A stretch of DNA of 62,947 bases, the filler included, from Sphacelaria rigidula (Eukaryota): the NCBI GenBank assembly GCA_964200075.2. It is 6 parts of 6 records of this genome, joined end to end, with 100 filler letters (N's around TTAATTAATTAA, not from the genome) between each part and the next. Parts side by side here need not be neighbours in the genome. Positions count along the whole stretch, not along the records: positions 10,510 to 20,918 come from CAXNAA020006546.1; positions 21,019 to 31,426 come from CAXNAA020006547.1; 4 more parts are not named here. One strand, given 5' to 3'. Position 1 is the first letter of the stretch. Each line of letters begins with the position of its first letter. The notes under the pieces were generated by a model that saw only the letters and a program-made list of their open reading frames with translations, did no database searches and had not been told where the DNA came from. The position numbers were made by a program, and so were the translations under genes. This document shows positions 12,554-23,510 of this stretch, in pieces.

Positions 12554-14270
12554 ACGGGTAACCGTCCCTGTGCGGCGAGGCATTTCATTTAGCCTTTTTG
12601 GTAACGTAGACATCATTCGCGATCCTCTGGTGATGTTCGTGTGTTAATATCACTTCTGAACTGTCTCCGAGTAGTGATCGCCTGTCGCCGTTCCAGTCTT
12701 CGTTGTTGTTTAGGCGTCGATGAAAGAAACAGGGTAGAAGACGACGGCGACAATAATGCATAAAATCGATGTTGACCGCTTGATTCTGTCGTAGCGGGTG
12801 TTTCCCGCCACTGGGGGGGGGGCTTTCGCCGCGAAATGCGTCATTTACACAAAAAAAAAGGTTAGTTTTCCCTCGAAAATGCGAACAAGCGTAATATTCC
12901 CTCGCGACACAACGGGTTTATTTGCAAGACAATCGCTTGCACGTCTCCGGATTGAGGGATGGTGCTCCGTGAGTGACAGTGATAACTTGATTCCCGAGAC
13001 GGTTTCAAGACTACTTCGCGTGTCTTGTCGGGAACACTTCACGAAATTTGTCTTGTTACCTTTGTGTACTATCCACACGAAAACAAGCGTGACGTCGACA
13101 TTTTTACACATGGACAGTAGTGAAGTATCAACAGTTACCGCGCCAACATTCTCCTCCACGGTCGCAAGCAAGCGTTTTCGCACGAATAGTAGAGAAACGT
13201 CAACAGTTTGAACGGCAGGATTTCGCACCAATGTGCGAGGTAAGCGTTTTGTCCATTAATGATGCAGGCACAACCGGCCGCTGAAAGCCAAGAAAAGCCT
13301 ACTCTCAATCGTATCGCAGACTCTCAATCTCACAAAAACACTGTTGGACATGAAACAAAGAAGTTAGCCCTCCTTTTTCTTTGACCTACCACTACACAGC
13401 CCGGACATAGACATGGAATAGAGGAGCTAATCCTCCATTTTCTTCAACCTACCATAACAGAGCCCGGACATAGATCTGGAATAGATGCGCGGTCCCAGTT
13501 CATCGGGTGGCCGACTGCTGTGGTACATGTACGCTCGGCTTGCACTTGTAAAACTGCTACTCAAACACACGGCCCACACAAGTACGACGACGGTGCTTCG
13601 ACGGGAATCTGGTGAAACGCCACGTCGGGATATAACCGGGTTGCGCCAGATTGACGGTCTAGCGTTGATCGAGAGTAAGGCTGATGACCTGCTCGACCTT
13701 GACCATTTTCTCATGTTTGTGTGTACGTTATTGCATGTGACAATGCGGCGTGCTTGCAGCTCCACGACGAGATCCTACCCGAGGATATCAGACCCTTCAA
13801 TGGCAAGCTGTAACAGAACGCATATGAGGCCTAGACGAGCATGTCAGAACTGAAACCATTCCAGACATGAATAGACCATTTCTGGAACTGCGGAGAGTTC
13901 TATACTTACGCATGTTGACGGAGGCCACTGCAATCAAAGTATACACACTGACTTCATCCCACGACGGAGCGCTCGCATTCGAGTCTGTCCTAGCCTGACT
14001 GGGGCAGGTATTCTCCAACAAGCACCGGTCAATAAAAAGAGTAGGGATTCCTGTTTCTTGTGTTCTTACTCTCATCAAACGCAGGATTCTCAGTCTGGCA
14101 AAAAGCCTTTTTGACCAGGACTCCCTCGGAATTGAGAACCGCCTTGCATTGTCGAAGAGAAGACACTGTGACGACCAATCATCGTTTCGGACCTCTGACA
14201 CCATACTTGAGCACAAATCAACAGACTCACTACCCCAGCCGTCTGAGAACGGTACAACGATTGGTGTAAT

Positions 14271-17200
14271 CTACCGTGTATCGGACGTCCGAGGAGAAGC
14301 ACTACGTACTCCTAGCTCCAACTTCACCCTCGAATCCTCCTTCACCTCTTCAACCGCCACATCATCATACGTGCCCGAGCATCGAGTTACCGCTGCCGGC
14401 GAACCACAACCCCACACAGTACCCCCACAACCACTGCTGGTGAATCCACAACTACCGCCTTCGCTGCCCCAACCACTTGCAGGAGAAGCCTGCTTCTGGA
14501 ACATCCTCGTCCCATCGCCACCCCGTGTAGGAGAAGGGACCGCCAGCTCTACCTTCATTCCTTCCCTTGCTCCTGCCCGCAAAAACACCTCATCATCAGC
14601 CCTCGAAGGTGGGTGTCTCGGGAGCAAAAGTGGACGTCCCGAGAGCGACCGGCTTCTCTCCCCCTGCCTGGAACCGGCACCTATGCCGTCGTTCGCACCA
14701 GAACCCGACAGTGCTGCGCGCTTGCGCTTCATTCCTCGTTCATCAGCACCGCTCCCTCCATCACCCTCCGTCGCGCTACGGCCAGGGGTGCCCTTAACAG
14801 GGTTGAGCTTCGTGGTGTCGAAAACGGCAGCCGTGTTGTGTGCACTAGCATCCTCTTGGCGAAGTGTTTCCTTGTCGAGAGGTAGTTTGGAGCACTGCTT
14901 CTCGCCGCACCTCTTAGGTACCACATTCGCCATTTCCACCCTGACCACCTTGGCGCAAACCTCTGTCTTACTGCTTACTGCCACACCAGAAGTCGGCAGC
15001 ATGGAGCAGACGTCGTATCCGCACCTGTTGTTCATCACACTCACCATTCCCACCTTGGCATGCTTGGAACAGAACTCCGCCTTCTTGCTTCCCGCCACAC
15101 CATACGACGGCTGCGTGGAGCAGCCCTCGTAGCCGCCCTTCTTTGTCTTCACATTCCCCATTCCCGCCCTGGCATGCTCGGAACATAACTCCGCCTCCTT
15201 GCTTGCCGCCACACCATACGATGGCGGCGTGGAGCAGCCCTCGTGCCCACATATATTTGTCTTCACATTCACCATTCCCGCCCTGGCATGCTTGACACAG
15301 AGCTCCGCCTTCCTGCTAACCGCCACACCATACGACGGCTGCGTGGAGCAGCCCTCGTCGCTGCACATCTTGTTCCTCACATTCACCATTCCCGCCCTGG
15401 CATGCTCGAAACAGAACACCGCCTTCTTGCTTCCCGCCACACCATACGACGGCTGCATGGAGCAGCCGTCGTAGCCGCACATCTTGTTCCTCACATTCAC
15501 CATTCCCGCCCTGGCATGCTCGAAACAGAACACCGCCTTCTTGCTCCCCGCCACACCATACGACGGCTGCATGGAGCAGCCGTGGTAGCCGCACATCTTG
15601 TTCCTCACATTCACCATTCCCGCCCTGGCATGCTCGAAACAGAACTCCGCCTTCTTGCTCCCCGCCACACCATACGACGGCAGCGTGGAGCAGCCCTCGT
15701 ACCCGCAAATCTTGTTCCTCACATTCACCATCCCCGCCCTGGCGTGCTTGGAGCAAAACCCCGCCTTCGTGCTCCCCGCCACACCATACGATGCAATCAT
15801 GCGACAGCTCTCGTCGCTGCACGTCTTGTCCTTCACATTTACCATTCCCGCCCTGGCGTCCTTGACGCAAAAATCCGCGTTTGTGCTTCCCGCCAAACCA
15901 TACGACGGCTGCGTGAAGCAGACGTCGTAGCCGCACATCTTTTTCTTCACATTCATCATTCCCGCCCTGGCGTGTTTGAAACAGAACTCCGCCTTCGTGC
16001 TCCCCGCCAAACCATACGACGGCTGCGTGAAGCATCCCTCGTACCCGCAAATCTTTGTCTTCACATTCACCATTCCCGCCCTGGCATGCTTGGAACAGAA
16101 CTCTGCCTTCGTGCTCCCCAACAAACCATACGACGGCAGCGTGGAGCAGCCCTCGTACCCGCACATCTTTTTCTTCACATTCACCATTCCCGCCCTGGCA
16201 TGCTTGGAGCAGAACTCCGCCTTCGTGCTCCCCGCCACACCATACGACGGCTGCGTGGAGCAGCCCTTGTCGCCGCACGTCTTGTTATTTATATGCACCA
16301 TTCCCACCCTGGAATGCTTGGAACAGAACTCCACCTTCTTGTTTTCCGCCACACCATACGACGGCTGCGTGGAGCAGCCCTCGTGCCCGCACATCTTTTT
16401 CTTCACATTCACCATTCCCGCCCTGGCATGCTTGGAACAGAACTCCACCTTCTTGCTTCCCACCACACCATACGACGGCAGCGTGGAGCAGCCCTCGTAG
16501 CCGCACATCTTGCTCTTCACATTCACCATTCCCGCCCTGGCATGTTTGACGCAAAAATCCGCCTTCTTGCTCCCCGCGAAACCAAACGATGCAAGCGTGC
16601 GACAGCCTCCGTCGCTGCACGTATTGTTTACCACATTCACCATTCCCGCCCTGGCATGCTTGACACAGAGCTCCGCCTTCCTGCTTCCCGCCACACCATA
16701 CGACGGCTGCGTTGAGCAGCCCTCGTCGCTGCACATCTTGTTCCTCACATTCACCATTCCCGCCCTGGCATGCTTGGAACAGAACTCCGCCTTCGTGCTC
16801 CCCGCCACACCATACGACGGCTGCATGGAGCAGCCCTTGTGGCTGCACATCTTGTCCTTCACATTCACCATCCCCGTACTGGCATGTTTAGAACAGAACT
16901 CCGCTTTCGTGCTCCCCGCCACACCATACGACGGCAGCGTGGAGCAGCCCTTGTGGCTGCACATCTTGTTCATCACATTCACCATTCCCGTTTTGGCATG
17001 CTTGGAACAGAACTCCGCCTTCTTGCTTCCCGCCACACCATACGACGGCTGCGTGAAGCATCCCTCGTAGCCGCACATCTTTGTCTTCACATTCACCATT
17101 CCCGCCCGGGCATGCTCGGAACAGAACTCCGCCTTCGTGCTCCCCGCCACACCATACGACGGCTGCAAGGAGCAGCCCTCGTAGCCGCACATCTTTGTCT

Positions 17201-17684
17201 TCACATTCACCATTCCCGCCCGGGCATGCTCGGAACAGAACTCCGCCTTCGTGCTCCCCGCCACACCATACGACGGCTGCGTGGAGCAGCCCTCGTAGCC
17301 GCACATCTTTGTCTTCACATTCACCATTCCCGCCTGGGCATGCTCATAACAGAACTCCGCCTTCGTGCTCCCCGCCACACCATACGATGCAAGCGTGCGA
17401 CAGCCGTCGTCGCTGCACGTCTTGTTATTCACATGCACCATTCCCGCCCTGGCATGTTTGAAACAGGATTTCGTCTTCGTGCTCCCCGCCACACCATACG
17501 ACGACTGAGAGGGACAGCCCTCGTACCCGCACTTGTTTCTTTTCACATTCACCATTCCCGCCTTGGCATGCTTGGAACAGAACTCCACCTTCGTGCCTCC
17601 CGCCACACCATACGACGGACGCGTGGAGCAGCCCTCGTGGCCGCACATTTTGTTCCTCACATTCACCATTTCCGCCCCCGGCAT
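14271..17684 (-). CDS. EsV-1-7 repeat (Cys3His zinc-finger-like) domain protein with 24.5 repeats and a disordered C-terminal tail
   Basis: Single long ORF. Consensus unit MVNVxxKxCxxxGCxxxPSYGVAGSxKAEFCSKHARAG (C-x4-C-x16-C-x2-H) matches the EsV-1-7 motif of phaeoviruses and brown algae. First in-frame ATG is at 17684 and the frame is open to 17840, so the true start is uncertain. Confidence 0.92.
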   Translation of the reverse strand: MPGAEMVNVRNKMCGHEGCSTRPSYGVAGGTKVEFCSKHAKAGMVNVKRNKCGYEGCPSQSSYGVAGSTKTKSCFKHARAGMVHVNNKTCSDDGCRTLASYGVAGSTKAEFCYEHAQAGMVNVKTKMCGYEGCSTQPSYGVAGSTKAEFCSEHARAGMVNVKTKMCGYEGCSLQPSYGVAGSTKAEFCSEHARAGMVNVKTKMCGYEGCFTQPSYGVAGSKKAEFCSKHAKTGMVNVMNKMCSHKGCSTLPSYGVAGSTKAEFCSKHASTGMVNVKDKMCSHKGCSMQPSYGVAGSTKAEFCSKHARAGMVNVRNKMCSDEGCSTQPSYGVAGSRKAELCVKHARAGMVNVVNNTCSDGGCRTLASFGFAGSKKADFCVKHARAGMVNVKSKMCGYEGCSTLPSYGVVGSKKVEFCSKHARAGMVNVKKKMCGHEGCSTQPSYGVAENKKVEFCSKHSRVGMVHINNKTCGDKGCSTQPSYGVAGSTKAEFCSKHARAGMVNVKKKMCGYEGCSTLPSYGLLGSTKAEFCSKHARAGMVNVKTKICGYEGCFTQPSYGLAGSTKAEFCFKHARAGMMNVKKKMCGYDVCFTQPSYGLAGSTNADFCVKDARAGMVNVKDKTCSDESCRMIASYGVAGSTKAGFCSKHARAGMVNVRNKICGYEGCSTLPSYGVAGSKKAEFCFEHARAGMVNVRNKMCGYHGCSMQPSYGVAGSKKAVFCFEHARAGMVNVRNKMCGYDGCSMQPSYGVAGSKKAVFCFEHARAGMVNVRNKMCSDEGCSTQPSYGVAVSRKAELCVKHARAGMVNVKTNICGHEGCSTPPSYGVAASKEAELCSEHARAGMGNVKTKKGGYEGCSTQPSYGVAGSKKAEFCSKHAKVGMVSVMNNRCGYDVCSMLPTSGVAVSSKTEVCAKVVRVEMANVVPKRCGEKQCSKLPLDKETLRQEDASAHNTAAVFDTTKLNPVKGTPGRSATEGDGGSGADERGMKRKRAALSGSGANDGIGAGSRQGERSRSLSGRPLLLPRHPPSRADDEVFLRAGAREGMKVELAVPSPTRGGDGTRMFQKQASPASGWGSEGGSCGFTSSGCGGTVWGCGSPAAVTRCSGTYDDVAVEEVKEDSRVKLELGVRSASPRTSDTR
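14934..17669 (-). repeat. Coding tandem repeat, 24 x 114 bp
   Basis: Exact 114-nt period with no indels, plus a terminal half unit at 14880-14933. Confidence 0.95.
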
Positions 17685-19511
17685 GCTTGTTGATGTACCT
17701 TCTTCTAGGAATGTCGGCCGTGAGCTCCTTCGGAGGCGCTCCTTCGAAATTGTACTGCTTAGAGTAGCACGAATACCCAGACGTTGGAAAATATTTTGTG
17801 TGTCGCAGGCCAAAGCAAGTCGAAACGCCTTGCAGTGCAAATGTCATGTCATTGCTGCACAACCTTTGGAGAAAAAGCGTGTGCCTGCCTTCAACTCAGA
17901 AGACGCTTCATGTGAGCTGACGCCAACTTGCAAGATGATTCCAGCGGATGGGACGCCCTCTACGCTTTTGCAGTAGGAATCAGAAGCGGATCAAGCAATA
18001 GAGTGGTACAAAACGAAAGACCATCATGCTACAGGGCGCATGTAAAGCACAACACCGATGCTGAAGGATGTCGTATCATGGAGGAACGGCAGATTGCTAT
18101 ATTTCAAAGTAGCAAATGTAGGGCTTACACGTCACACACGACGAGTCACCCAGAAAATGTTATGCACGATCAAGAGCCAGACATAGCAACCGACTGAGTG
18201 AGCGATCGCTATGCAGCATCACATGAGCAATCTACTCGGGTACACATTCGAACGGGCGCGAGTGTGGGGGGCGGGACGGCTGCAGTGTTGCTAACCCGCA
18301 GCACCAGCAGAACTGCACCTGCCGTATTACAGCTTGCGAAGAGGGTGAAGGCGATGTGATACATAAAGCGACTTTCTCAATTTAGCATAGACACTTGCTA
18401 CGTCAAAATATGAAAATAATTTGTTGAGATATCGACAATATGTTCCTGCACGAGTTAGGGGCAAGAAAAAATACATCAATATTTCACCGAAACGGCGCTG
18501 AATCATGAACTCCCAACTCGATGTCCCACAAGTACCTTTTTTCGTGCTCTCACGATTTTGAATGTCAAACTTGAACGTCCGACCCCCAAAATTGAGGCAA
18601 GAATGCCATATCCACACCCCAGGTCGCTCGAGAATCGGCTTGGAAGGCCACTTGCCAGCCCAGTTCTGTCACTTGTGACTCGAACGTTCGTGTGGAGAGT
18701 CGCTACGGTATGACATCGAGGAAAAACGTGGGACAGGGAGTTTTCATTTGTAGCATGGACCGTTTCTCACGGTTCGTGTTTGTTTGGGGTCGTCTTTGAC
18801 ACAGGTTGTAAAACCTCAACAAGGAATATTGCCGTCACACGTCTTGGATACTCTGCAGTGGCCCACCAAAGAAGTTGAGCCCACTTTTCATATTCGCTTG
18901 GCTCCAAGGTGTCGAGAATGGTCTCTGGAAACCACACACGGCTTGCAAACAAATGCGGTGCCTGCAGGTATTTTGACGTGGAGCTGAGAGTACCGGCCGT
19001 TTGCCCGTGCTCCAGGGAATGTTTGCACTGATTATTATCATCACCAGCTCCACGTATCGTTCGGGGTTCCGTATAGACTTTGGTATGGGCCCAATTTCCA
19101 TACGCTTCACAATTATCCGATCTAGCATTCAATCTACGAGAAATCATCTGCCCAGGCTTTTTCCGCTCGTGAGCATCGTCTCTTAAATTAAACGATTAAA
19201 AGATATGCGCATCACAGCTCAATCCGAGTATGTCGACGAGATATAGCTGTGAGAGGTGCAATCCGTCATCAGGCTAACCCATCTCGAGTATGGTTTCGAT
19301 CAAAACAGCCGTGGAAAGACCTGAAACGCCTGGACGAGAACGTTCCCACGTAGTTTTGTGCTATTAGCATCACCCAACGGCCTCTGTGGACTTTCCAGCG
19401 ATGTCCGAGTCGTACAACGACTCATGAAGATTAGTGTTTTCGACAGGATATTGAACGATAATACCGCCGTGGCGGAGGTCAGAATCGAAACAGAAACTAA
19501 ACAGAGGGTTC

Positions 19512-19768
19512 CACGGTTCGGACGAATCATCGCCGGTTCTTATCACCAAATCCACAATTTCTCAGGCCTGATTGGTCGAAAGAGAGAACAAGTCGACCGC
19601 TGGTCAAACAAGTCTCCTCACAACGTTTGCGCCATTCCACGTGCCTAGGCTGCGTGTACCTGGCTTGCCACGCTGAAAACAAGGCGTAAGGATCGATTCG
19701 TGCCGTACGAGTCATTCACACTAAAATCAAGTAACTTCCCGACGAATCATTAATTCGTCCGAGCCTTG
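19512..19768. mobile_element. hAT-like MITE, family B
   Basis: CACGGTTCGGACGAAT...ATTCGTCCGAGCCTTG with a perfect 8-bp TSD GAGGGTTC. Confidence 0.92.
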
Positions 19769-20764
19769 GAGGGTTCTGTAGACTCCAGCCACATTTGTTA
19801 CCTAGGTTGAGGAATAAATGTAGGCGGAACAACGCGTAGTAGGTGTTTACCGCTGGTTGATGGATCGCGGGTGTGCATTGCATTGGTCCGAGCCAGCTTC
19901 TCCCCACGGGGCGTTCTTCATTGTACAAGAATAGGAGCAGTGTCCCGAAATCGTCGGTAAACGTCGTGCAGCCAGGACAGTACCTCAAGGGGACGCAGCA
20001 ACTCCAACACCCACTATCGGAATACGGTACGTGCAACGACAGTTTGATGTCTTGAAACATTTCGTCAGATACGCGGCGTACAAAACAGGAGGTGCTCGCT
20101 TCCGGCAACTTCATGGTTTTCGAGCGTTTGTACTGAAACGGCATGATTTCTGATACTATATCAGACTGGTTGTATAAGAGGTTGTGTACATAAAGGCACC
20201 CAACGTTCATCATCGGAATGGTACGTATGAGCTTTTCCTGCTGTGCTTGCTGTGCTGTGCTGTGCTGTGTAATGGCTGTCGCGGGTGCTCATGAGCTGCA
20301 GTGGTGAGCATACACACAAGTTGTCACATATATCGTGTTGGACAGGGTAGCATGTGAGGTCGGCGCGTGTATGGTGTGCTGGCCATAAATTCGAAGACAA
20401 CGGCGAAGTTTGGTGAAAGGTGGCGAATCCTTCACATGTGTGAAGAAAGTGTCCTGTGAACCACCCCGACAAGCGTTCGCGACTCGTGTGTGCGGTTCCG
20501 CGTTGTCGATGAGCTGCACAGGGTGCGAGGACGACTCTGTACAACTCGTCTTGCGTAACGGAAAGCCCGCAAGAGTACCTCCTGGAAGTCATCGCAAAAG
20601 AAGGGAGGGGAGGCCACTCTGGCATGAGAGTGGAACCCACGAGAAATAATGGGGATGACTCTGTTTTAGAACTATCGACCCATACTTCCTTGGATGCAAA
20701 GATTTTGAGTCATCCCGACGTGTAGTAAAAGCTAATCCCGAGCACGGAATATTTACCTTGTGGT

Positions 20765-20918
20765 GAGCAATGCTACGGTAGGGGTGCACGTTTTTCGCGA
20801 AAGTTTGTCTGGTTCAGGGGCTCCCAACGATTCTAGACGCACAAGAATATGGGTCCGGGCATCCCCGTGTGCAGATTTATGCCGGATATCCCCAGCATAT
20901 TGGAATCGTAATCCTGAC
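20765..20918 (+). mobile_element. MITE family C (TIR GAGYRATGCTACGGTAGGGGT), truncated by contig end
   Basis: Aligns with the left parts of 29839-30094 and 55400-55660. Confidence 0.85.
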
Positions 20919-21018
20919 NNNNNNNNNNNNNNNNNNNNNNNNNNNNNNNNNNNNNNNNNNNNTTAATTAATTAANNNNNNNNNNNNNNNNNNNNNNNNNN
21001 NNNNNNNNNNNNNNNNNN
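20919..21018. other. Artificial contig linker
   Basis: 100-nt N/TTAATTAATTAA/N. Confidence 0.98.
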
Positions 21019-21129
21019 TCCCGCACCGCGTCAACTCACGTCACACAAACCCAGTCGACTACTTTTGTTTACTCACGTTCTCACGCTTTACACGATGGAA
21101 ATCATAAATTACGAAGAAAAAAAAAAAAC

Positions 21130-21198
21130 GCATCGGGAATCGAACCCCCCGTTCTCTCCACCCTGATGGCAACAGTCGGACCATTACACCACCGGGGC
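21130..21198 (-). pseudogene. tRNA-Gly(GCC)-like pseudogene or SINE head
   Basis: A box TGGTGTAATGG, CTG-TTGCCAT-CAG anticodon-like hairpin, B box GGTTCGATTCC and a downstream poly-T. The acceptor stem is incomplete. Confidence 0.65.
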
Positions 21199-23257
21199 GC
21201 GGCAGTACATCACACAAGAATATTTTACATATCCTATCCCCGTCTTGTTTCGCCGTCTTTGGCCCACGAAGCGGGGGGCCCACTGACCGTATTTACACAC
21301 TCCAAGCATGTATATCGTCGGTTGAATAAAAGGGAGGGTCAGCTTCTCAATTACACATTGCACATACGGAACCTTTGACCGCTAGGGTAGATCATCTGTC
21401 GAATCAGCATCATTTTCACTTGAAATATGTGTGGGAGACCCATATGATTGACCCGACCCGAGGAAGGAGGTGAACTTGTTGACATGGCGCCTACTGCACC
21501 CAACACTTCTCCCCACAGGCCGCTGACAGGAAAGACGATACGGGTGAAAGTTTAACGCGTGAACTATCGGCCGGTAAGAGTAACACTCGGGGGATAACTC
21601 TCATTACTTCACGAGCTAATCGTTAACTTTTGGGGGGTTTTGTTGCTCTCGACATTTTCGATTGACTAAACCGGTGTTGAGACCTATTGCCAGTAAAATC
21701 TGCTACTGTACTACTGTTGTTGTTCGTTGCTTCGTACGTGTGGCAACGCCACGAACTTCATTTGAAAATTCGGGGCACAACGCGTGTTTTGCGGCGTGCT
21801 CTTGTCTTACACACTCTTCCCTGAGGGCCGGACAGAACGGGTCGGGACGGGACGGGACGGAATATCACGGGACGAGGTTAATTCATCCCGTGAGGACAGC
21901 GGGCCATTCCGTCCCAATCAGACGAATTGGGAGGGTTTCACACTTCCCGCCCCGTTCCGTTGTTTTCTCAGGGAACAGGAGAAGCACCTGCCTCGTCCCA
22001 TTGCTCCGTGAAGAGCGGTGAACACTTACCGAAAAATAAAAATAAAACTCATCTCCACCTTCCTCGATAGCGAGTCGGGTCTGTTTAGCGGTACTGTACT
22101 ACATTACAGCACGGACACCTGCGGCGATGTGACCTGTGGTTCAACGTATCAAAACATGCCCGAGTTGTGCCAACGCTGCCCGCAATCAAGAACACTGCGA
22201 AATCATAGGTGCTATGTTTGCGTATGTAGTAACGAGGGAAAACACTTACCCTATGGAAATGGGTGCACATGTAGAGACTCGACCTCCAGTGCTTGCCGGA
22301 ACCCGGCCAGGGGTTGTCCCGCGCTACGTTACATACAAATATTCAACGCCCAGTCAATCGTGTGAATAGGCGTGCTGTGACGCTTGAAAACGATAGTTCA
22401 AGCCTTCTTCACCGTAATCTATGTACGTCGGGCCACAGTCGAAGCTTGGTACGCTCTGAGGGGAGGGTGTTATACTCCGTATTATCAAGCTGTCATACAA
22501 CAAGGTCAGTTGGCTAACATCCAAACAATTTACATACTCAACAAGATTCTTTACAATCCCAGCACCTGCGTCGCAACGCACAGGACTTCCTGCACATTGC
22601 ACGAACACGAAAACCAAGCACAAGTCATGTAGCGTATTACAATAACCCACCGTGTGTATTTTGACCCCTGCCCCTCCAGGTTCTTCGGGGACTCCTTCCA
22701 TCTTCGAAACGGAATAAAACTTGCCGGAATGCGTCTTGTCCTGCGCAATCGGCTGTCGACAAAAGCCGCAGATCACGCCCGGCGTACCTTTGCTTCCTTT
22801 CTTCTTGCTTCCCCACAGCCTAGATGTTTTAATATTACTCATCACTCCCGTCTGGTTCGATTATTCCGCCGCGCCGGTTCTTGTCTTGCTTGACGTTGAA
22901 GTACTGACAACAGTGTCGTGATGGGACCCTGTACATGTATATCGGTGAGGTTGACGCTGAACGGTAAATAAATGTACGACTGGAACATCAAGCCATTATC
23001 CAGTCACTAGGCAGCGCCCCTGCACTACAACTTGTGTCCCCTCTGACGAGAAACGCAGATATGAAAATCTACTCTAGTCATTTTGATAGCACTAGGGCAA
23101 AGCGGTTCTTCCCGGTACCCTCATTTTGAGCTTTTGTGGGCACGGGGTAGGTACACACCGTTGGGACCGCGGGTCTGAAACATATCCAAAATCAGCACGG
23201 ACGTCGGAAAGAGGGCGGAAGCGATTCCGCTTCCCCACAGGCAATCTACATCCTGTC

Positions 23258-23473
23258 ATGGCGTATCCTGCTACTCGTTATCGACGAAGTCCTCTACTGC
23301 GTTGCTGTTTGTTACTTCCATGTGTATTGAAACCAGGTGCGCGTCATGCATTACCGTTGCCTGCTGGTTCTTCCAACCGCCCGTTTCAACATGAACATGT
23401 TATACGGTTTTGCCACAAAACTGGCCCAGACGGTTTGCCTTCGGCCCTGCCGGTTGCTCATCACTTCATAAAT

Positions 23474-23510
<37 letters not shown>

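Noticed and set aside
14149-15132. 327-aa + strand ORF
   Set aside because: It is antisense to the EsV-1-7 C-terminal coding region and has no independent domain signal.
15199-17693. Long alternative-frame and antisense ORFs (e.g. His-rich 490 aa at 15243-16715 +)
   Set aside because: They are shadows of the 114-bp coding repeat: a frame with no stop in one unit stays open in all units.
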